64,000 nucleotides of DNA. It comes from Candidatus Latescibacterota bacterium. Its GTDB lineage: Bacteria > Latescibacterota > UBA2968 > UBA8231. The stretch covers positions 2,784,001 to 2,848,000 of the forward strand of contig OZ241867.1 of NCBI GenBank assembly GCA_965203175.1. The letters run 5' to 3'. A model generated the notes under the pieces. That model was not told the origin of the DNA. It saw only the letters and a program-made list of their open reading frames with translations, and made no database searches. The translations under genes were made by a program, and so were the position numbers. Below, piece after piece: positions 18,419-25,836 of this stretch (position 1 is the stretch's first letter; every line of letters starts with the position of its first letter).

Positions 18419-21400
18419 ATGATTCTGGTAAATCTGCTGCTAGTCGCAGCGGTCGGCGTGGCTGCCAGCCTGAGCACGCGCTTCTTCTCGCCGGTGGAGC
18501 TGCAAGATCGCTTTGAAGAAGGTCAGAAGCTCTATGCGCTGGGGGACTACGATAGAGCCATTGAGCGCTATGAGGTCATTCTCTCCACCGAGAGCAATGC
18601 CATGATCAACGTGGAGGATGTAACCGTAGCGGTTGACGAGTTCATTCTGCCGGTGCGCGTGGGTGCCACCTACCAGCTCGGCAATACCTACAACAAGCTA
18701 GGTCTCGAAAAATTGCAGCGCTCGCAGTTTTTGCGCTCAGAGCAAAAAGAGGCCGAGGCCGACGCTCGCTACGAGGAGGCGTTGCAAGACCTCAACAAGA
18801 GCCGCGACCACTTCCGCACCCTAGCCGCGGACGATCTCGTCGACGATCGCACCCGGGTGATGGCGCAGTACCAGATGATCCAGACAAGCTACCAACTCAA
18901 GGAGTACGAGCAGGTCATAGAGCAAGGGGACGCGCTGCTGCGCAGATTCCCCCACAGCCTCTACGAGGCGTCCGTTCACTACGACCGAGCGTGGTCCTAT
19001 TTTGAATTGGAGCGCTACGAGGAGGCCATCGCTAGCTTCAAGCAGGTGTTGATCTTGGCCCCCAGAGGCTCTAACGCCGATCGCTCGCTCTTCCAGATCG
19101 CCGAGAGCTACGACAAACTAGGGCAGTACGAAGATGCGCTGGAGTACCTCGACCGTCTAATCGCCCGCTACGATTTCGCGCAGATGACCGAGGAAGAAAT
19201 CATCGAGATGACCACCCTCAAGCTCAAGGGGTTGGTCAAGGAGACGGCGCGCGAGCTAGTCGCCAAGGCCCACCTGAAAAAGGGCGATATCTATGCACAC
19301 AACGGCGAGGTCGAAAAGGCTCTCGCCTCTTATGCCGTACTCCCAGTTGAATACGCGGCCGAGCCGGTCTTGGTACAAAATAGCTATATCCGCACCGCCG
19401 AGTTGGTGCAGAAGGAACAGGGCACGACAGCGGCCATTGCCGCGTACAAGGACGCCATCGAAAAAGTCGAGGACAAGCTCTTCCAGGCCCGTACGCAGCT
19501 AACGGTAGCCCTGATGCTTTTCGACCAGGACGAATACCTCAAGTCGGCGCAAGAATACGAGATATATATCAATGCCTACGGCGATGTGGCTCAGCGCATC
19601 GGATTTGACCGCTACAAGGTTCTCTTTCGCATCGCCCAGTGTCACCAAGAATACGGGCGGCAGATCCGCAGCGAGGATTCGGCTAGAGCAGACGCGGAAA
19701 TCGCCAAGGCGCTCGAAAGCTACGACCAGCTCTTGAGCGAGCGCGAGGACAATGCCCTGATACCGGATGTGCTTTTTAACGCTGGCTTCGCCAATCAGCT
19801 CCTAAAGAAAGACGAAGCAGCCCAGCCGCTGTACCAGCGGTTAGTCGATGAGTATCCGGACCATCCGGCGGCTCCCAACGGCCTTTTGCAATTGGCTCGC
19901 ATAGCCTATGCCGCATCTGAACTCAAACAGGCCGAGGAAGTCTATGCATCCTTCCTCGACCGTTTCCCGGCCTCGGAACTGTGCAATACGACGCGGATGG
20001 AGTTGGGCCTTACCTACAAGCGCCTCCAGGATACAAATAGCGCCATCGCCGCCTATGAGACGGTGGAAGAGGATTGGGATAAGTGGCCTACCGTGCAGGT
20101 CGAGTTGGCCGAGCTATACATGGGTAAGCAAGAGTACGAAAAGGCGCGCAAAGCGCTATCTCGCGCCTTGGATCGAGCCGGCGACAACACCCTAAAAGGC
20201 CAGATGCACTACACCTTGGCTCGGGTACATTTCGCCGAGGACAATTTCGCGGGCGCGATCAACTCTTGGGGTCAGGCCATTGCGCTGAATCCGCCCACGC
20301 ACATCCTGCAAAATTCGCTGCTGGCCCGCGGTGGTGCTTACTACGAGGTGGCCAAACAGCAAGACGCCGTCGGCGATACAGCCACAGCCCGCATAAGCTA
20401 TGAGGCATCGCTGGAGGATATGAAGGCCCTGCTCGAAAGCGATCCCACTCCCCAGATCAAAGACAGTGCTTTCCGCACGCTGGGGGCGGGCATGATCCGT
20501 CTGGGGCGACAAGAAGAGGCAGCTAGCTACTATCAAGAGCTCATCGCCGCGTCGGACGATCCCCAAGAGCAGGCGACCTTTAGCATGCTGCTAACCGAGC
20601 TCTACTACGATCAGCAGGACTTCATTCAAGCCGAGAACTTCGCTCGCCAGCTACTCGACATGCGGTTTGAAGACGACAATCAAGCGGGTTACTATCGGAA
20701 AGAACGCGCCTATTCCATCATCGGCAATGCGTTGCTGCAGCAGAAGAAATACGAGGAAGCCGCCCGCATCTTTGCCCAAGGTCTCAAGCGCTATCCGAAT
20801 TCCGGCGAGAGTGGCAACTTGGCTTTCTCCAAGGGCTTTGCCGAAATCAGCTATGGCGACTACGCCGCCGCCGCCAAGAGCTTTAGGAGCTTTGTCAAAA
20901 AATATCCGCGCAATGCCAACCGCATTCACGGCCAGTACTATCTGGCCCACAGTCTCCAGGCCCTGACCCAGTTCAGGGAGGCCGCCGCCGCTTTTGCCGA
21001 GCTTGTCGAGCGCTATCTCCAGTCCCAATACGAGGAAGAAGCGCTTTTCCTCATTGGCGAAAACTATTACAACGAGCAGGCCTTTGCCGAGGCCGTGGCT
21101 GCATACCAAGCGCTCTTGGCAAAATATCCCCAAGGCCGATACGGCGGGTCGGCGCAGTACGCGTTGGCTTGGTCTTTCGTCGAACAAGAAGAGATGGAGC
21201 AAGCTGTAGGCGCGATGCAAAACCTAGTTGCCAATTACCCCGAGAGCGAATTCGCCCCCAAAGCGCAGTTTACCATCGGCGACTACTACTACAACATCCA
21301 GTCGTATGACGAGGCCATGGTGGCCTACAAGCAAGTACTCAAGCTATATCCCAACTCCGAGGAGGCGTCGAGGGCCACTGCCCTAGTGGAAGAGCTAAGC

Positions 21401-21691
21401 GAGATCCAGGCCAGCTTTAGCTACAACGAGGCCATGAAGCTGTTTGAAGCCAAAGACTACGACCGAGCCGTGCCAGCCCTACAGAATATTATCCGCGATT
21501 ACCCTGGCACCTATACCGAATTGGCCGCGTACTGCAACTTGGGGCTGGTCTATGAAATTACGCGCCAGTGGTCGCAGGCCGTGGAAAACTATCAGGTAGT
21601 AGAGGAAAAAGGTGGGGACAAGCCGGAAAACGCCGACGTAGTCAGTTTTGCCAAGCTGCACCGAGAATGGATCGTGGAAAACCGGCTCTAG
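18419..21691 (+). CDS. Large TPR protein (BamD/YbgF-CpoB-like repeats)
   Basis: AGGAG RBS; hydrophobic N-terminus; many TPRs ending in [FY]PxS-type motifs (LVDEYPDHP, FLDRFPAS, LKRYPNS, LVANYPES). Confidence 0.92.
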   Translation: MILVNLLLVAAVGVAASLSTRFFSPVELQDRFEEGQKLYALGDYDRAIERYEVILSTESNAMINVEDVTVAVDEFILPVRVGATYQLGNTYNKLGLEKLQRSQFLRSEQKEAEADARYEEALQDLNKSRDHFRTLAADDLVDDRTRVMAQYQMIQTSYQLKEYEQVIEQGDALLRRFPHSLYEASVHYDRAWSYFELERYEEAIASFKQVLILAPRGSNADRSLFQIAESYDKLGQYEDALEYLDRLIARYDFAQMTEEEIIEMTTLKLKGLVKETARELVAKAHLKKGDIYAHNGEVEKALASYAVLPVEYAAEPVLVQNSYIRTAELVQKEQGTTAAIAAYKDAIEKVEDKLFQARTQLTVALMLFDQDEYLKSAQEYEIYINAYGDVAQRIGFDRYKVLFRIAQCHQEYGRQIRSEDSARADAEIAKALESYDQLLSEREDNALIPDVLFNAGFANQLLKKDEAAQPLYQRLVDEYPDHPAAPNGLLQLARIAYAASELKQAEEVYASFLDRFPASELCNTTRMELGLTYKRLQDTNSAIAAYETVEEDWDKWPTVQVELAELYMGKQEYEKARKALSRALDRAGDNTLKGQMHYTLARVHFAEDNFAGAINSWGQAIALNPPTHILQNSLLARGGAYYEVAKQQDAVGDTATARISYEASLEDMKALLESDPTPQIKDSAFRTLGAGMIRLGRQEEAASYYQELIAASDDPQEQATFSMLLTELYYDQQDFIQAENFARQLLDMRFEDDNQAGYYRKERAYSIIGNALLQQKKYEEAARIFAQGLKRYPNSGESGNLAFSKGFAEISYGDYAAAAKSFRSFVKKYPRNANRIHGQYYLAHSLQALTQFREAAAAFAELVERYLQSQYEEEALFLIGENYYNEQAFAEAVAAYQALLAKYPQGRYGGSAQYALAWSFVEQEEMEQAVGAMQNLVANYPESEFAPKAQFTIGDYYYNIQSYDEAMVAYKQVLKLYPNSEEASRATALVEELSEIQASFSYNEAMKLFEAKDYDRAVPALQNIIRDYPGTYTELAAYCNLGLVYEITRQWSQAVENYQVVEEKGGDKPENADVVSFAKLHREWIVENRL

Positions 21692-21739
21692 CGAGCTTTC
21701 AATGCAACGCAAAGCAGGACACAATACCGGGAGGTTGTA

Positions 21740-22414
21740 ATGGAGCAGAATTTTTTAGTTGAACAGTTTTTCAAAGGTGGGCCTATAATGTGGCCCCTGT
21801 TGCTCTGCTTGCTGATCGCCCTAGCCATCATCATAGAACGGCTGTGGCGCCTGCTGGCGGTCCCGGACGAACAGGAGGCCGAACAGCAGCTCAACGAGGC
21901 AGAGGAAGTGCTCAGAGACCAAGGCGAAGGCGGGGCTATTGAGCTATTTCGGCAGGGCAGTGGCGTGCTCAACTTCATTTTCGCTGCCTTGGTGAAGCGC
22001 TACGACACCTTAGTGCTGGAAAATCGCACGGACCTAGAGGACATGCGTCAAGAGTTGATTTTGGCCACTGAGGAGGCCGGTGAGATGTATCTCGGCCGCC
22101 TGCTCAACGCGCTGGGAACCATTGGCGTCCTCTCCCCGCTGATGGGGCTGTTGGGCACGATCATGGGTATGATTAACGCCTTTGACGCGATTGCCCGCGC
22201 CGGAGCCGGCGATCCGGCAGCCGTGGCCAGTGGCATTTCCGAGGCCCTGATTACTACAGCCAGTGGCCTCATCGTCGCCATTCCGACCATCATCTTCCAC
22301 CGCTACCTCTCCGGCCGCGCGGAAAAGGTCTTCAAGAGCGTGGAGCTATACTGCCACGCCTTCGCCAATACCCTGCTGGTGCGCTTTCAGGCCAGCCAGC
22401 AGGAAGCCAGCTAG
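21740..22414 (+). CDS. exbB: MotA/TolQ/ExbB proton channel subunit
   Basis: GGPIMWPL, LGTIGVLSPLMGLLGTIMGMINAF and GISEALITTASGLIVAIP signature helices; GGAGG RBS. Confidence 0.95.
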   Translation: MEQNFLVEQFFKGGPIMWPLLLCLLIALAIIIERLWRLLAVPDEQEAEQQLNEAEEVLRDQGEGGAIELFRQGSGVLNFIFAALVKRYDTLVLENRTDLEDMRQELILATEEAGEMYLGRLLNALGTIGVLSPLMGLLGTIMGMINAFDAIARAGAGDPAAVASGISEALITTASGLIVAIPTIIFHRYLSGRAEKVFKSVELYCHAFANTLLVRFQASQQEAS

Positions 22415-22432
22415 GCAGAAAGAGACGCTGCG

Positions 22433-22852
22433 ATGCGGCAGAGACGGAAAAGCGGATATGGCAAAAGCGCCTTTAAGACCTCGGAAAACCCGGATCTGAC
22501 TCCGCTGATCAACTGCATGTTCTTGCTGTTGGTTTTCTTCATGGTGGCGACCACTTTCGTCAATCCCAAGGGTCTGAGCGTAGATCTGCCGGGCGGCGAA
22601 GGCGAGTCGAGGGCAACCAAGGACATGAACATCGTGATTGATCCAGATCAGACGATTCAGGTCAACGGCGAGGTCACGGATAAGGCGAGATTGGCGGAAA
22701 AGATCCGTCAAGTCATCGAGGCCGACAACACCAAGAACGTGATCTTGGAGTCCGCGCGTTCAATACCTCACTCTTATGTAGTGCAGGTGATGGACATCGC
22801 CCGCGGCGAGGGCATTGAAGCCATCGCTTTCGCCAAGAGCGGAGAAGGATAA
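22433..22852 (+). CDS. exbD: ExbD/TolR family protein (conserved TM Asp replaced by Asn)
   Basis: DLTPLINCMFLLLVFFMV TM motif, VDLP, VVQVMDIAR..GI. Confidence 0.92.
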   Translation: MRQRRKSGYGKSAFKTSENPDLTPLINCMFLLLVFFMVATTFVNPKGLSVDLPGGEGESRATKDMNIVIDPDQTIQVNGEVTDKARLAEKIRQVIEADNTKNVILESARSIPHSYVVQVMDIARGEGIEAIAFAKSGEG

Positions 22853-22859
22853 AAGCGGC

Positions 22860-23279
22860 ATGGCTAAACGGAGACAGTCGCTGGCCGAGAAAGCCGGTGA
22901 ATTTGAACTGAACCTAACGCCGATGATAGACGCGGTGTTCCTGCTGCTGATCTTCTTTATGACTACCACGGTCTTTGTCAAGGCTACTCAGCTCAAGATC
23001 GAGCTGCCCGACTCGGCCCACTACGATCAACTCAAGGCAGAGAAGAAGCTGAATCTGCGCATCTCGAGCGAGGGCCAGCTCGAGATCAACGGGCAGCTAG
23101 TGGCTATGGGCCAGCTAGCGAGTTGGCTCGAGCGCGAGAAGGTCCGCACTGGCTCATCGACGCTGATTATCACTGCGGACGCCGATGCTGCACACGGCCA
23201 TATCATCGATGCGATGGAATCGGCCACCATGGCGGGCGTAGAACAGATCGACATTGAAACCGAGGAACCAACCAATTGA
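22860..23279 (+). CDS. exbD: ExbD/TolR family protein
   Basis: NLTPMIDAVFLLLIFFM TM motif with canonical Asp, IELP, LIITAD...HGHIIDAM. Start adjusted to ATG 22860. Confidence 0.93.
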   Translation: MAKRRQSLAEKAGEFELNLTPMIDAVFLLLIFFMTTTVFVKATQLKIELPDSAHYDQLKAEKKLNLRISSEGQLEINGQLVAMGQLASWLEREKVRTGSSTLIITADADAAHGHIIDAMESATMAGVEQIDIETEEPTN

Positions 23280-23310
23280 CGACAGCTAGCAAAAAGGGAG
23301 TTGCAATTTT

Positions 23311-24078
23311 ATGAGAGCAAGGTATATGGCGCTCCTCGGAGTAGTGGCGCTCGGGCTAGTCTGGAGTTGCGGGGGGCTAGTGCCGCCCCAACTCGTGTAC
23401 GACCTGCACGTGATGCCCGTCCTGCCCGAGGGCCGCGGCGATTACACCATTGATCCGGACGACAGTTCGATGGTCTTTAGCAAAGAGGGGCTTTTGATCA
23501 AGATCCGGCACCTGAGTGACCTCGAACTCAACGAGCGCTTCCCGCCCCTATACGATGGTCGCCACGTCAACCCCTACACCCGGGACGACATCGATCCCGA
23601 AAAGGGCTATACTCCACCCCGGTTTACCGTTTTTGAAGTCGAGGTCATAAACAAGACCTATGCGAAGATCGAATTCGACCCAGCCAAGGCGACCATGGAA
23701 TCGGGCGGCGAGACCTATCGCTACTACGACCCCGGGCGCGAGGGGGCCGTCGTGTTGGGGGGCAACAGCTTCACTAAGTACTACAAGATGGAGCTCGGCA
23801 CTTCGGGCAACGAGCGCGAAATCAACTTAGAGCGCATGGGCATTATCTACAAGACGGTCTTCCACCGCCATCGACCGATCTTCCGCGATAGCAATCAAAA
23901 AGGCATGTTGGTCTTCGACCCGTTGCTGCCAGAAAACGATGAGTTGCTACTCACATTCCACGAATTTGTGCTTTCGTTTGACGCCAGCGGCAATCCGGAA
24001 GAGACTATCGACGTTGAGTTCCGCTTTGCGGTGGACCAAGGAACGAGGGAAAAGACCAGCGCGGACGGGACGGGTTGA
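23311..24078 (+). CDS. Hypothetical lipoprotein (paralog of 11486-12268)
   Basis: GGGAG RBS; LVWSC lipobox; shares PVLP, IDPxDSS and YTPP..TVFEV.VIN.T motifs. Confidence 0.82.
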   Translation: MRARYMALLGVVALGLVWSCGGLVPPQLVYDLHVMPVLPEGRGDYTIDPDDSSMVFSKEGLLIKIRHLSDLELNERFPPLYDGRHVNPYTRDDIDPEKGYTPPRFTVFEVEVINKTYAKIEFDPAKATMESGGETYRYYDPGREGAVVLGGNSFTKYYKMELGTSGNEREINLERMGIIYKTVFHRHRPIFRDSNQKGMLVFDPLLPENDELLLTFHEFVLSFDASGNPEETIDVEFRFAVDQGTREKTSADGTG

Positions 24079-24129
24079 ATCCCGGCGCTACTCCATCTGG
24101 ATAGCACGTATGACAGGATGTCTCATTGC

Positions 24130-24163
24130 GAGGAGCTGGACCTTCCGTCTAGCTCCTCTTTTT
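24130..24163 (+). terminator. Probable rho-independent terminator after the ExbBD/lipoprotein genes
   Basis: GAGGAGCTGGA-CCTTCCG-TCTAGCTCCTC stem-loop followed by TTTTT. Confidence 0.6.
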
Positions 24164-25816
24164 ATGCACAAACCACTGTTGGCCGGGCTGCTAGTTGGGG
24201 CCTGCATTAGCTGTGACGATGAGCGGCCGGACAACGCCTCGCTGTTGGCCAAGGTCGGCGCGGTCGAGATCACCGCGGCCGATCTGCGCACCTTTGAGGC
24301 TAATCTCAAAACGGCCGCCATGCGCTCGCAGCACCGGGACAATTTGCAGACGCTAATTGACCGCGAGGTGTTGCTTTTGGAGGCCAACGAGCGGGATTTG
24401 CAGCGCGACGAAGAGGTCTTAGCTGAACTCGCCAAGCGCGAAACCAAGGCCCTTGCTGACGCGATGTTGCGGCGCAACGTCGCGGCCAAGGTCGCGGTGA
24501 CTGAGGGCGACATCGAAAAGGCCTACGCGCGGCCGGGATGGGGAGAGAAGGTCGTCACTATGGAGATCTTTGTGCCTAGTCAGGAACAGGCGCGTCAGGT
24601 GCAAGCGCTTTTGGCACAGGGCGAGGACTTTGCGGAAGTAGGTCGTCAATTCGCCGCTGATCCTTATTATGGCTTGCATACCGGCGAAATCCGGCGGCTG
24701 GCCTATTCTCCCTTCGATAGCCCCCACGCCTTGGTGGAAGCGGTCTTCGCCCTGCCCGTGGACGGTGTGACCGAGCCACTCCCCTTGCACGGAGGATTCG
24801 TCATCGCCAAAGTGGCGGAGCGTCGCCGCGCTGAATTGGTCGAGGTCGAGGATGGCATCCGCGAGGCACTCGGCGACGAGCAGAAAAAGCAACTGCGCGA
24901 ATCGTACCTGCGACACCTCAAGTGGGATCTGGACACGGTTTTTGACGCTGAGGGTATGGATCTAGTGGTCAGCGTCTTACAGGGCGCGATCCGCTATGCG
25001 GATTTGGACGAGGCCCAGCGCCAGCAGCCAGTCTATGCTTTCGAGGGCCTGCAGATGGATGTGGCAGAGGTCTTAGAGGCCGTGCGGCCATCGGGCCGAC
25101 CGTGGCCGGAAGCCACAGCCGACGCCGTCAACGAGAAACTATCTGAGAGTCACTTTCCCACCCGCATCATGGCCCACGACGCTCGGCGCAAGGGCCTTGA
25201 TAAAAGCGAGGCTTTCGCGCAGTCGCATGCCTTGGCGTTGGGCAATCTGATGCTGATAAAACTGCGCGAGCAAATCTTGGCGGAGGCTCCCGAGCCGACG
25301 GAGGACGAGCTGCGGGCCTTCTACGAGGAGTACAAGCACCGCTTTCGCAGCCCTCCCCACGCGCAATTAGAGGAAATTTTGTTAGAGACCCCAAGCGAGG
25401 CGCGCCAGATTGCGGCTCAGATTGCGGCGGGTGCCGAGTGGTCAGAGCTGGCCCGCGCCCACAGCCAGCGTCGCAACGCCGAAGATGGTCTCCTGTACGT
25501 CTCCCAATCACAGGCCCCTTTCTTGGGGGAGGCTTGGATGAACGCGGTGATGAACGCCGAGCTGCACCAGCTCCAAGGGCCGATCCAAACGAGGGGGGGC
25601 TATTCGATTTTCCGGGTTATCGAAAGATATCCAGAGATTTATCACGGCTTAGAGTTAGAGCGGGTGCGGAATGCGGTGGTGCGGGACGTGCGCGAGCGCA
25701 CCGAGCGGGAGTTCTTCAACAGCTATCTGCGAGATTTGCGCCAAAAATACGCCGAGCAGATTGACGTGTACGAAGAGCACCTGCGGTTTTTGGACGACGA
25801 GTTGGTGCAGAACTGA
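24164..25816 (+). CDS. PpiC/parvulin-type peptidyl-prolyl isomerase lipoprotein (SurA/PrsA-like, two PPIase-like domains)
   Basis: MHKPLLAGLLVGACISC lipobox; LAKVGAVEIT, LIDREVLLLEA, GEDFAEVGRQF, PIQTRGGYSIFRV. Start uncertain (ORF open from 23939). Confidence 0.85.
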   Translation: MHKPLLAGLLVGACISCDDERPDNASLLAKVGAVEITAADLRTFEANLKTAAMRSQHRDNLQTLIDREVLLLEANERDLQRDEEVLAELAKRETKALADAMLRRNVAAKVAVTEGDIEKAYARPGWGEKVVTMEIFVPSQEQARQVQALLAQGEDFAEVGRQFAADPYYGLHTGEIRRLAYSPFDSPHALVEAVFALPVDGVTEPLPLHGGFVIAKVAERRRAELVEVEDGIREALGDEQKKQLRESYLRHLKWDLDTVFDAEGMDLVVSVLQGAIRYADLDEAQRQQPVYAFEGLQMDVAEVLEAVRPSGRPWPEATADAVNEKLSESHFPTRIMAHDARRKGLDKSEAFAQSHALALGNLMLIKLREQILAEAPEPTEDELRAFYEEYKHRFRSPPHAQLEEILLETPSEARQIAAQIAAGAEWSELARAHSQRRNAEDGLLYVSQSQAPFLGEAWMNAVMNAELHQLQGPIQTRGGYSIFRVIERYPEIYHGLELERVRNAVVRDVRERTEREFFNSYLRDLRQKYAEQIDVYEEHLRFLDDELVQN

Positions 25817-25836
25817 GCAAACGAGGGGAGGAATTT

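Noticed and set aside
18419-23279. Calling the TPR-exbB-exbD genes a standard Tol-Pal or Ton operon
   Set aside because: No tolA, tolB, pal or tonB and no plug-domain receptor in the cluster; two ExbD copies and the unusual partners argue against a routine call.
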